From assembly GCA_050084985.1 (NCBI GenBank), contig JBITNC010000001.1, forward strand, positions 57,288,001 through 57,352,000: a stretch of DNA of 64,000 nt. Direction: 5' to 3'. Of this stretch, positions 23,216 to 36,329 are shown in pieces. Both the position numbers and the translations under genes were made by a program. Under the pieces are notes generated by a model. That model ran no database searches, was not told the origin of the DNA, and worked only from the letters and a program-made list of their open reading frames with translations. This DNA is from Nageia nagi (taxonomy: Eukaryota; Plantae; Pinophyta). The first letter of the stretch is position 1. Each line of letters begins with the position of its first letter.

Positions 23216-26200
23216 TATATCAAGATACGAAGGAAGAACTATAGAGGCTAGATAACTTACACCATAAAATATACTTGTTTTAATTATTCTTATGTGGAAA
23301 TCAATGTGAACTTATAATCTAACTTGAAACGATTGTTCAGATATCTTCACATTTTCAAGGTTTTTTTTGGAGAAATTTTTAAACAATCATAGGACTAGAA
23401 GCACATTCTTCTATCCATTTGGCAAAAGCTATTTTTAAAAAATATAAATACACAAAATGTTATGAGTGTAGTTTAAAATATAAATAAACAAAATGTTATG
23501 AGTTAAGTTAAAATTCTATAGATGTCAGAATTGTTTGTTATTACAAATTTTATTTAACCAATTGTTTAAGTTAAGTAAGAGTGATTCAAATAAATAATTC
23601 ATTTGTTTCAAACTAAAAAATAAAGAAAAATCTATTTTTTTGCTATGATATTATCAATTTTAAATAATAATATGAGCTAATTTTACTTGAGATTCTAATG
23701 CTCAAACAAGTTACAAGCAAAGTGTCTTCATTAATGTTGATAACATTAATTCCCTTTAGTTTGAGAATAACTTTGGATAATAATTAATCAAGTTCATTAG
23801 TTACCATGAACTTGTTATTAGCAATGGTTTACCATTCTAGCTCAAATCTAATAAATTCATTTATGTTCATAAAAATGGTAATAATACCATTGACTAAGCT
23901 ATTTCCTCAACTTCTCTTTGATAAGGAGTTTACTTATGGATCAGAAATGTTGGAATTTTATTTTAAAGTACTTGTAATGACTATATGATGATTTGAAGAT
24001 CTTGAAGGTCAGATGTCAACATTTGAAACAAAAAAATGAAGAATTTGTAATCGAAAAGCTCAAATGGTGCAAATACTGACTAGCGATTCAACTACAAAAA
24101 TGATGTTCGACTTCTCAGAAGATATGCTAACGAACTTATCAAAATATCAAGTGTTATAAATGGTTGGAAAGGTATTGAAGACACATATTTAACAAGTTCT
24201 TACACAATCTAATCTGATCTATACAAATCTGACGATTTGCTGCTGAAGTTTAGGGTTGCCAAGTCACAAAAATAGTCTTGAAACTAGATAGTCATCAAAG
24301 ATTGATGATTTCAACTAAGGTCACCAATGCAAAGTATATCATATTATATATTGTTGAAAAGGTAGAGAAGTTTACTTTCTAATGGTGAAATAATCAAATC
24401 AAAAGGAGTTGTTAAATTATGGGGACTAGCAAAATGGTGAAAGGTGTTCGTAGGGTCGACATGACAAGACTGTACAAACAATGTCAAAAAATAGTTTGAT
24501 AAATGGATGATTTATATCCAAAGTGGATTTTGTTATATATGTATGGAAATAAGTAGAATTATGATTTCCAAAAATGAAATACCTACAAAGATTTGAGCTT
24601 ATATAGTATGAAAAAAATTAGAAGGGAATGAATGTATTCACGAACTGCACCTGAGAAAGATTAAGTGCATGAAGGTAAATCATATTTATGGTGATTTTTG
24701 ATCATACAAAGTATGTCATATCTTGTATGGTTAGAGAGGTATATGAAAGGACCATCCAACATCAAATAAATCATGCTAAGTAGAGATATATAATGAATGT
24801 TACTATTATGGCAAACAAACTGACTTTCTACAAACCTGATACAAGGCCAAAATGCATAAATGCAAATTTTTCCAAATCTAATGCACAAAATGAAAATCTA
24901 ACAAGTACTTACTAGTCTAAAATTCCATGAAAAAGGTCAATATATCCTCGATTCAATTCTAAATATGATATATAACATGGTAGAAGTAATTTCTAATCAT
25001 CAATACCCACAAAAATATGAAATAAAATATGTGAATGCAAGGAAAAGATGTAGAGCAATTTTCTCTTGCTATTATGTGATAAAAAATAAATACAAATATA
25101 TATCTATATTTCTCTCATATCTAACTAATATACACTGGAACCTTATCCTTATATAAGCCATAAACATGATGATTAAGTGCTTAACACTCCAAACTAAAAA
25201 ATGGATTGAATTTAATGAAGCACCCAACAAATTCAAAGAAGAGGTATGGGTGATCATGTTTAAGTACAAAATCAAATATGTGTATTTTAAGTTAATATTT
25301 AAAGCATTAAAGCTCATCTACGTGTATGTAGGAAGAAATAAATGTAGATACTTAGATAGTTAGAAAAAAATCATTAGAGAAGTGTAGAGTCAACATGCCA
25401 ACAATCGATGATGTGAAAAAATCAAACTAATGAACATTACAAACTTTCATTCTGCCCCTTAATGTCAATGATTTGTATACCAATTTTATCTTTAAGATAA
25501 AGAAATCAATCTATCACTAAAGGTTTAGTGAATATGCTAATAATTTGATCTTTAAACTTGTAATATATGAACTCAAAAGATCCATCTTGCACTAAATCGT
25601 GCACAAAATGATGGAAAATGTCAATGTGCTTACTCCTACTATGAAATATTGGGTTCTTGATCATGGCGATGGTGTTGGCATTTTCATAGAGGATTTTGAT
25701 AGACTGAGGAATCTCCATATCTAGTTCTTCAAATAACCTTATTAGGTTGGAAGCAAGAAGTTAGGTCTACTTAAAGAGGAAGTTTGAAGTGAAAATTTGG
25801 GATCGATAATATCGAGATCTTGATATGAAATAAATCAAGATCTTGATATTTTGGGCCCTTGATCCTACAAGATATTGAGATCCCAACATGACCTTGTCAA
25901 TCGAGCCTACATCAAGATCCCGATATGCTAAACTTAAATATCATGTTGCAAGTTATGGAGCTCATTTTCTAGCTCTACGATATACACCTCCTACCAATTC
26001 AAGAAGTAGCCTTCAACAGTTCGGGATCCTAATTTTAGTTCTCCTACACCCATCTACTACCTTCAAATTCACCCTGCATTGTCCAGGTTAGTGCTCCTAC
26101 TATCTTCTTAGGTTTTTTTTTTGGTTAAAATATCATATTTCTTATAGTTTTGTTAAGATAAAATATTAGAATGAAAAATCTCTTTCATTGAATATGCCCT

Positions 26201-26419
26201 TAATTTTACAAACTAAATCCAAATTCTATTCATATTTTCAAATTCATTTAGAAATCTTCACAGACTATTTTAAGATCAACCTTAGAGTTAAAATTGATGT
26301 TTCTAAACTATATGCAATAAAAAAATATATAAAATGTACAATAATTGCTTGTAATAAATCTATTTCATGTATGTTATGAGTTTCAACCTTTGGCATCCAT
26401 CGATATAATACTTCTATTA

Positions 26420-27450
26420 CATACCATGGAATACACAACACATGGGTAGAAAGAAGAAGAGAAATCAATAGATTTCATGGAGAAAATTTAATATATTTAA
26501 CAACAAGTTTATAATCTCATAGAGAAAATGAATGAAAAGTATAAGAAAACCATGAAAAGTATAAGGTTCCATACCAATTCCAGTTGTTGGAGATAAAAAT
26601 GGTTATGACTTCAAAAGGAGAGACTTCCACCTTGACCACATCGAAATATCAAAACTTTATATTATGGAGTATTTAACATTATTAAGAAAGTGGAAGATGA
26701 TGCTTTTTAGTTCAATCTTCCATCTTATATTGGTTTACATCCTATTTTTAATGTGGATCTCCTCAATCCTAACCATCCATATCTTTTAGATACTTCAATG
26801 GTAGCATAATGATTGGAGCTTGAAGAAATCAATCCCAATCGTATTGCATTAGTAGAGAAGGATCAAATAGTGGATAAATGGACTAAAACATATGGAAATA
26901 ATCCAATCAAATGTACATAGTTGTCAAAATATGATAGCTTGGTTACTAAGGAGAATGACTTACAAAGAATCAAATCAAGAATAAGTTTCCATACTTGTAT
27001 CTAGAGATGTAATGTTTTATGAAGGGGGAGTTTAGGGTCTATAAAAAATCTCCAATATGAATATAGCCCAATTAGGAGTGAATATCCATCTCAAGATTCC
27101 ATCCAAAATATTTCCATCTATCAATTATTTATTACCTAGAATCATTTTTGTTTATCATCTCCTCTCCTTTCCTTAGAACCACTTTGATAGGATCATATCC
27201 TCTAGCGGGAAATGGGTAGATCTTATTATCTCCTTTAGAGTTTATTTATTATTTATTTTACCCTTAGATAATGCATCCACATATCCTTTAATAAATTGAA
27301 AAGTCCCTAATAGAACTTAGCTTACAAAAGCTTAAATTATTTTTTATTATTGAATGGAATATTCTAAGGTCTTTCTTGAATCTTTTAGTTGATATAGAGT
27401 ATTTCATTTCATTAATACCCATATATGATTTTGTTATCCTCTATTCTATA
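26420..27450 (+). mobile_element. Ty3/gypsy 3' fragment (integrase C-terminal GPY/F region, PPT, LTR start)
   Basis: YYGVFNIIKKVEDDAF*FNLPSYIGLHPIFNVDLLNP; purine tract GAAGGGGGAG at 27021. Ends approximate. Confidence 0.6.
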
Positions 27451-28351
27451 GGAATCTATGTTTGATGTGATAAGGCTCCTTTAGGATCACGTTATGGATA
27501 TTAAATATTGATGAATTGTATATAGGAATTGTAAAGAGGACTCATATTCTAAATAATATGAGATGTTAGAAGGAATGGATATTGGTCCTAAATCAAGTTC
27601 CTATTTTAATATTTTAGATTTGAAGCACTAAGATTGATTTGGACTAGATTTGTAGAACTGGTATTTGTGAACCATAATGCTTGGATTTAGGATGCAAAAG
27701 ATAACTCATAATTTTAACAATATGATGTATGGGAGGGAATGGGATTTTTAGCAAAGAAACTTAACAATCTATATTTGAATCATTGAGGTCATCTAGAATA
27801 GATGGATGCAACTTACGATTAGAATTACAATGTCAAATTCATAATAAAGCCTTAAACCAATGTAAGCTAACAATAAACCACAATTCAAAAAAGATGTATT
27901 TTTGCACAACACCCTTCTCCAAATGTAAGTAGCTTCATCAATGCTCATGGTTATTTCAAGTATCATGATAACATATAAATTATTTGTTGGGCATCTCTTA
28001 TGTTCTCTTTATAGAATAACAATAACTCCCCACTCCATTGTTTCACTTTATAAAGATGATCATCTCAATAACATCATGCATGTTTTTCATAATGTTTATA
28101 ACATTATACATATTTCTTCATGTATGTCTATGTTTATAACATTGAATTTATTAGTGAAAAATGAAATAAAAATTTGGATTTATTTATTTAACCTTCTTAA
28201 TATTTTCCATTCCTAGTGTTGTTTGACTTAAAGAAAGGATTTCTCACATATGTTTGTCCATTATTGATTGGATTTGAAATGAGGTTTTATTTTTTCCATA
28301 CAACTTTGGCTTTAACCTATTATTGAATGAACATTTTGGTTATTTGGTTTG

Positions 28352-28354
<3 letters not shown>

Positions 28355-28392
<38 letters not shown>
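28355..28392. repeat. (AT)n microsatellite
   Basis: About 19 perfect AT units. Confidence 0.95.
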
Positions 28393-28394
<2 letters not shown>

Positions 28395-28653
28395 TTCTAA
28401 CTCCTAGATTTTTGCTTTTCACTTTAGTGTACAATAACTAACTTTGGTTTCAATTTAGGTCCTTTAGATTGGATATATATAGCATACATGAATTCTTAAA
28501 CAACATGTGATATTTATATATGATACTTTTCTAGTTAAACATGTGATATCCAATTGATAAGTAATGTAATTTATTCTATTATTATCCAATTTAAATTGAG
28601 TTTATTTCGATTTTTATGTTATTGCTAATGTTTGCAAGTGCCTTTTTAATATC

Positions 28654-30690
28654 ATGGCTAAGTCATCTCATGAATTGTATAATGATATATATGAGACATT
28701 GGATGATGTGAACCAAAATATCACATAAAATTCACCCCCTCCACCTCCACCCACAACCCCACCCCCACCTACTGGTGTAGATGAGCAACAGTTATGAGAT
28801 GCTATTGCTCATGATATTAATCAATTACAAGAAAAAATACACCACATCTAGAGTATTCGTAGTACCTCTAGCCATGTTATACAGTTTGCATATTTTAATG
28901 CAAACCATAGTTGATACTATTAGGAGTGTTGATGGGGATATGTATGGTTTCAAGGCATGGAGAGAGTACATGAGACAATATTATTCAGATAGTATCTCCA
29001 CTTGAGATGTAAACAAGTTAGGATTTACTAAAGCCACCCTTGCTCCACACTTCATTGATCTATCTATTGAACAACCCATCCCACCTAATAAAGAAAGAAT
29101 TCCATATGATTGGTGCATCCATCCTATGATAGCTAAAACATTTTGGGATCAATGGTGGATGATGTTTGATAAACCACCACATTCCAATTCCAATGTTCCT
29201 TTGTATTTTTGGAAGAAAATATATGTTGAGTGTGTATTAGAAAAATATGTGAATTATTTTGACATGAGGTGTAATCAAGGGATTGGTCATGGCTAAGGGA
29301 AAAATAGACCTAGAGCATGTGTACTCCAAGTTGAACCTTGCATCCTGCACCACCCAACCCTCCTCCTACTCCTTCTATTCCTACCCCAACTTTTCATCAG
29401 ATAATTGTTTCAACATTGAGGGCATTAAGTCGGGTGACCTAGACTCTCACTGAGTAAGCTACCCATGTGGTAGCTAATATCAGTGAGCCTAAAGATGATG
29501 TTGGAGTTAGTGGAGTTGCACCTCATTTTTTGCCATAGTTGTGGTTGTATATGTGTTGGACCCCCTTTAACTAATCATGGGATATCTTATACAGAGATGA
29601 TGTTAATGGATGATGTCGATCTTATTGAGAGAGAGGTACATTTGCCATATTTTTTAGTGTGTTTAACAATAATGTAATGTTTATTTCTAAATTAACTTGA
29701 ACTATATACATACTTAATTTAAAATTTAAATACCTTTATATTTTTTTATCATATACGATGGGAGGCTCCACTTTGGGTGCATCTCATAGAGCTTTTATGA
29801 CATCGATTCCTAGATCTATGAGCATACCTTACGAGCTAAATAAATATACCAAGTTTAACAATTTCAATATTAATTTAGTTAGATATTATTCACATATGAA
29901 TATGTAAATGTGTATTCTAATTTATTTCCCTATTCCAGGTAGATATCCATCCTAAGATGATTGCATTCGACCAATAAGAGAGTGTGTCGATGGTTGAGCC
30001 TTCAATGTCCACCACTCCATAGGTTGTCACTCATATTTCTACTTCATTTCAGTTAAGTTTTTAAAATGCATTATTACATGTATATGAATGCAATCTATTG
30101 ATATTAAATAATTGCATATTAATATTGTTAGATATTATGTGAATGTGAATGTGTATGCTAAAAACAAATTCTATTCCATGTAGACATCTATCCCGAGATG
30201 ATAGCATTTGATCGATGAGAGGGTGTATCAATGGTTGAGCCTTCAACATCCACCACTCTACAATTTGTCACTCAAATGTCTACTTTATTTCAGGTAATTT
30301 TATTAAATGCATATTAATGTGTATGTATGCAATTTGTAGGTCTTAAAAATGTATATCCATTTAAAAACATTACTTTTATTCAATAGTTTTTTATTTGATC
30401 TTGTAGGATGTTATTTCTCATGCATTTCATCTTGATGAGATTGGTACATTATTTGCACAATAGGATATAATTATTGAGGGAGGATCTAAGCATCATGATA
30501 TGGTCATATTTATGTACATTTTAAAAACTTGTAGATAGATTAAATTTATTTTATTAAATATTTAAAGGAATTACAAATATGAATGATAATATATGCTAAA
30601 TTAAGTTTATTTGTGTTATACAACATGAGACATTTGTATCGTTGAAAAGAGGAGGATAGATAATGGAGACACATCTAGGCCTACATATAT
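28654..30690 (+). pseudogene. Decayed second (accessory) gene inside the DNA transposon, Pro-rich, with duplicated small exons; function unknown
   Basis: Protein-like frame IPYDWCIHPMIAKTFWDQWWMMFDKPPHSNSNVPLYFWKKIYVECVLEKYVNY; poly-Pro tracts; duplicated exon-like units about 29940-30052 and 30182-30293 with splice-like ends. Confidence 0.5.
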
Positions 30691-30759
30691 AGATTTAGGA
30701 TTGACTATGTAGTTGTTATTTTTGTATGTTAGTTGTAGATCATGATATATGTACATATG

Positions 30760-31020
30760 GATATTGGAAATTATTGTGGACTTTGGACATTATTTTTATG
30801 ATGTTGTTATGCTATTATTGTGGACTTTGGATATTGTTATATCATGGACTTTGGACATTGTTATTGTGGACTTTGGAAATTGTTATTGTGGATTAGATAC
30901 TATTATTACATGGAATACATGGAATTTGGACACATGTTATTATGTTATTACATGGACTACATGGAGTTTGGACACATTATTTTTATGAAGTTGTTATTTT
31001 ATTACATGGACTAGATGTTG
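30760..31020. repeat. Degenerate about 22-bp tandem repeat (GGACTTTGGACATTGTTATTGT)
   Basis: Repeated TGGACTTTGGA...TTATT units. Confidence 0.8.
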
Positions 31021-31024
31021 TTAT

Positions 31025-34000
31025 TGCAGGAAATAAGACTTTAGGTGTTAGGAAAATATTTAATATTTTCCTATGTAATTGGAATAAATTCCACATGTCT
31101 CAAATATGTGGAGAGTAGTTTTAGTAGTTTTTTAGGAGTTACATTCTAGAATGTTCTATTCAGTTTTGTAATTCAAGTTTAAATTAGGGTTTATGTTGTA
31201 GTGTGAGACAAAATGGAGTAGAGTGGAAAATGGAGTATAATTTGTATTGGATCTATGAGATCCATACCTGTTGCAGAAACCATGTTGTAATGTATCTATT
31301 TATTAAGTTCTTGAATAAAGCTTCTTTTTTCATCCATTCTCATGTTATTGCAAATTTGTGAATGTCTCCATTTCTAAAATGATGATTTATGGTGAATACA
31401 TTTAAATGCATTGTAAATGTTTAACAATCTTAGTGATTGTTCTTATTTTATGTTTGATGATAAAAATTCATTTTGGTATCAAAGACAAGTTGATTAGATC
31501 TTGGTAAATAAGAGCTGATGAGATCAAGCCAGAGAGAGATTTGGTTGTTTTTTGGGTTTAAAAATCCTATGGATTGTGAGTCATATTTGTAGGTGTAAAC
31601 TTTGTAAGAGAAAAGGTTTTTGAAGGCACTATAAGAGAATAGAAAAAGTTGTGTCCAAAAGGGATCACCATTGAAGGAATAGCTAGCTAGAGGAGGGCTA
31701 TCGTGACTATTCATTCAATGGAGATCCCTTTATAATGGATTATTATTGTATTATAGGCATAGTCTTATTATTTTTCATAAAATTGAGATTTGGTATTGCT
31801 TGTATTGATGTTGACTAGGAGCTTGGTTTTTTGTTGGGTAAATGTTCAATTTAGTACAACAAAAGTCCATGTTTTATTAAGTAAATTATTTTTGTTTTGC
31901 AATACATACAACATTTTGAGAATTGATTATTTTAGAATTTTGTGATCAAACTTGGACCATTATTGGATTAGAAAACTTGTGAGATGGTGAAGGAGTTTTC
32001 TTTTAGTTGACTGCTTAACTCATTGGCAATTACTCTAGATGTAATGGCTAACAATACTGATCTTACAGCTTCAGTTTTTGATGGAGAAGATTTCCATATT
32101 TGGAAAATAAAGATGAAAACTTGGTTAATAGGCATGGATCTTTGGGATATTGTGGAACAAGGTTATATAGAACCTAAGGATTGGAGTAGCCTTGAAGGTG
32201 AAGAGAGATGTTTGAAGAAGGAGGAACAACACAAAAATTGTTTGGCACTCATAGCATTATGAAGAGGTATAAAATAAAACATTTTCCTTCTTATTAAAAA
32301 TTACAGAATAGCATTTGATGTTTGGAGAGAATTGAATGCGAGTTTTGGGAATGAGAATTGTAAGTTAGATTGTAATGAGATGAATAACAATCTACAAAAT
32401 TATGAGTTTGTGAATGATGAACTTGTGGGAAAGGAAGCTGAGCCTTTGTATTGTGAAAGTTTTTATGTGCAATCCTATGAATATGTTTATTTGTTACCCA
32501 AGAAGGAGGTGGTAAGAGAGGATTTTCTTCATTTAGGGGTAAAGAGAATGAAGAAGAAGAGTGCAGAGTTATTCTAGAGTTAGATGACAAAACTATATAA
32601 GAATGGGAGAGGGAATCCCATGATTTTATTATTCTAAAGTTTTCCAAGTGCTTCATGGAGGAAGGGGCACATATGGAAGGCATGTTTTTGTAGAACATTG
32701 TCTCATGAAAGAGACACCCATAGATCCTAATCCTCTTGAAGGGGATGATGGAAATAATGCATTTAATATTTTTAATGTTTATACTAATGCAAATCAATTT
32801 GATAGTGATAAAGTTTCAAGTTGTGAAGAAGAGGCTTGCACAAGTTTTGAAGTTTCTCCAAAGGAGGAAAAGAATGATGTAGTTGGAGAACTTCCAAAAA
32901 GGGAAAAAGTTGAAAAAGTTGTTGATGATTTCAATATTGTAAAGGCTGGTTTAGCTAGTAAAATTATAGTTTCTTTTCTAATTTGCATGGTTGTTTTGAT
33001 TTTACTACTATTGTTTACTCCTCCCGTTTGAAAAATGTGTGGTTGATTGAAGATAATAATAAAGACTCTCTTATGAAAGATGAATTTGATGCTTTTTATG
33101 ATGATAAAATTGCATTGTTTGGTGAGAAAAATGAGTTTGTTGAGGAAAATAAACATGAATGTACAACATTAGGTAATGTGATTTATGATTTGAACAAATT
33201 TTATTTGCAAAGCTTTGGTGAGAAAGTTGCTTTGAAAGCAACCTTGGAAATTGGAACTTGCGTGTTTGGTGTAAATTTAAAGTTTGAAAAGGATGCATGG
33301 TTCAAATTTGAAAATAATGTGTTCAACAAGTTGAAATCTTATGGAAAATAATATTTGAAAGTTACACTACTGAAAGTTGAAAAGATGAAACTTGTTAAAG
33401 ATTATGAGAAAATTATTATGATTTCAAATAATATTTTGCAATATAGTTTTGTTGATGAATGTGAATGTTGGATGAAGTTGTTGAAAAAGATATTCATGGC
33501 TGAACATGATGTTTGTAAATTGCAAAATATGGGTAAATGTTTTGAAGTTGAAGTTTTTATGTACATTGGCATTGTTACTTGAAATTTTGAATGTTATTGG
33601 AGAGATATGGTTTTGTCCTTTCGAATGTTTAATGAAGAATGTTGTTTGCATAATGATGAGTTTGTGGAAAGCCATATGTTGGCTGTATAATGCATGAATG
33701 AGAGTGATTTTTTTATTGAAGAAATATTTTTGATGATTGGTTATGTGATTAGCCAATGCTTGGGATTATTTTTCTTGATGGTTTGTGTGAAGATTTGTGA
33801 AACAATGATTTGGATGAGTGAATTGAAGTAAAGTAATCAACATGATGATGTATGGGTCAATGTTAGTGATCCAAAATATTGCTGGCATAATTTTGTTGAA
33901 AATGATATTTTTTTTTGACAAAAAATGTGAGTTTTGTGATGCAAGGGGAGTGTATTCTCTAGTGGTACCATTTTTTATGAAGTTTTGTTTGGAAGAAAAA

Positions 34001-34623
34001 TCAAAGACTTTTGTGATCCCTTTTGAAGAATGGATGTTTGAAGAATGTCATCTCAAATGTTTTAAACTTGATAGTTTCTTATTGTTGAATTGGAAGAAGA
34101 GAAAAAGAAAACATATCCAATTTGTGATGCTTCCAACAACTCCTTGAAAGCATCAAGGGGGAGAATTTAGGAAATAAGACTTTAGGTGTTAGGAAAATAT
34201 TTAATATTTTCTTGTGTAAGTGGAATACATCCACATGTCTCAAATGTGTGGAGAGTAGTTTTAGTAGTTTTTTAGGAGTTAAATTTCAAAATGTTCTATT
34301 CAATTTTGTAATTCAAGTTTAAATTAGAGTTTATGTTGTAGTGTGAGATAGAATGGAGTAGAGTGGATGGAGCATGATTTGTATTGTATCTATGAGATCC
34401 ATACCTATTGCAGAATGAGGATTTTAGTAAAACCATGTTATAATGTATCTCTTCTTTAAGTTATTGAATAAAGCTTATTTTTTGATCCATTCTGATGTTA
34501 TTACAAATTTGTGAATGTCTCTATTTATAAAATGATGATTTATGGTGAATACATTTAAATGCATTGTAAATGTTTAACAATCTAAGTGATTGTTCTTATT
34601 TTATGTTTGATCATAAAACTTCA
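31025..34623 (+). mobile_element. Non-autonomous copia-derived LTR element (3.6 kb): LTRs 31025-31470 and 34166-34623, PBS, gag N-terminus, PPT, no recognisable pol
   Basis: Closely similar about 450-bp LTRs ending CA; TGGTATCAAAG at 31474; AAGGGGGAGAA before the 3' LTR; TSD GTTAT/GTTGT; FDGEDFHIWKIKMKTWLIGMDLWDIVEQG (copia gag start). Confidence 0.88.
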
Positions 34624-34679
34624 GTTGTGTACTTTTTTACATAATGATTATGATTTTGTTATGTTATTATGTATTTTTC

Positions 34680-35100
34680 ACACAATTGTTGTAAGATTAC
34701 AAATGTTGTAATAATCTTTCTCTTACAATTGTTGTAAGATTACAAATGTTATAATAACTAAAAAAAAAGTTTACAAATGTTGTTATAACTAAACAAATAG
34801 TGTATTAAACAATAATTTACAACTTTACTAAACAATAATTTATAGTTTACAAATGTTGTAATAAATAAAAAATAATTTTTAGACAATGTTAAAGCTTACA
34901 AATGTTGTAATAACTAAAAAATAAGTTTACTAAATAACAAGTTTATAGGTTTACAACTAGGTCTATAAGTACATAACAAGTTTACAAGATAACAACCTTA
35001 CTTGAGTTTACAAGTTTACAAGATAACAAGTTCACAATATAACAAGATAACAACTTTACAAGTTTACAAGATAACAACTTTACAAGTTTACAAATGTTGA
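34680..35100. repeat. Low-complexity TTACAA/TTACAAG tandem repeats
   Basis: Repeated TTACAAATGTTGTAATAA and AAGTTTACAAG units. Confidence 0.8.
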
Positions 35101-36050
35101 TCATATAACTACATTTTTGTGTGCTTATATTCCATACTCCCTGGATATAAATATAAAACATTGAAATATAGTTATTCATTGCCTTTAAAAGAATTTACCT
35201 ATATTTTATAATGAGTTCCATACATGACTTTGTCAAGTATTATATCAACCTTTTCTATAATATATCATAGAAATATAAGTTTCTTTACCATAAATCAATA
35301 TAAAAGAAAAGTAAGATCTATCATTAGATCTATGAGAAAAGGAACATATGTTAGTCATATGATTCTCTCTTAAAATAAGAATAGACCTTAAATATATGTC
35401 TAAACCATTATATCTTCAATCATTTCATGGATCAATGATTTTTAAAACTAGGCCTAAGGTATCTATTACTTTATAAAACTTTATTTAATGTAGTGATATT
35501 ATTAGTTTTTTTATAATCCCTAATACCTTGTATAAGGTAGATACAATTTATTATGTTTGATAAATAGTCATCTTTAACATATATATGTAATGAGTTATTA
35601 TAGGTGGAAGAGTCCAAATAATTAAAAAATAGATTTTAATGATTGAGAAGTAGTTCTATAAAATGTAACACTATGATTAAATAAATAATATTGAGGGTAT
35701 AGATTCTTTTCAGTTAAGAGTCATCTTGTCATGTAGGATACTCTCTTAGAAAATAAGTTAAAATCTAATCATAGGAAGCCTTAATGGTGAAAAATAAGCA
35801 TCAAAGATAATTAGTCTTCCATATATCCTCGTTAACATAGTCTTCCATATAGGCTACCTTATCAAATACCATTCCCTCTAGCCTATCACATTTCATTTCT
35901 TTTACAATATATATGACTAAGCAACATGTTTACAAGTTTATAAAAAGGTTTACTTAAATATAATTAGGAAAGGTATGTCATCTATGGGAATCAAACCCAC
36001 AACCATGTGGTTATAAGTCACATGCTTTACCAATTGAGCTAAGATAGTCT

Positions 36051-36306
36051 AGGGGAAGGGGAGATGAAGGGGTGAAGGGGAAGAGGAAGTGGAGATGAAG
36101 GGGAAGGGGGAGTGGAGATGAAGGGGAAGGGGGAGTGGAGATGAAGGGGAAGGGGAAGTGGAGATGAAAATGTGAAGGGGAAAGGAAAGTGGAGATGAAG
36201 GGGAAGGGGAAATGGAGATAAAGTGGCAAAGGGGAAGGGGAACTAGAGATGAAAGGATGAAGGGGTGAAGGATAAGGGGAAATGAAGATGAAGGGGAGGG
36301 GGAGAT
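36051..36306. repeat. Purine-rich about 22-bp minisatellite (GTGGAGATGAAGGGGAAGGGGA)
   Basis: Tandem units with G4-G5 runs. Confidence 0.9.
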
Positions 36307-36329
36307 AAACTTACTTGTATTTTTCAATC

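Noticed and set aside
36011-36327. Pro/Ser-rich extensin-like ORFs
   Set aside because: Translations of a purine-rich minisatellite.
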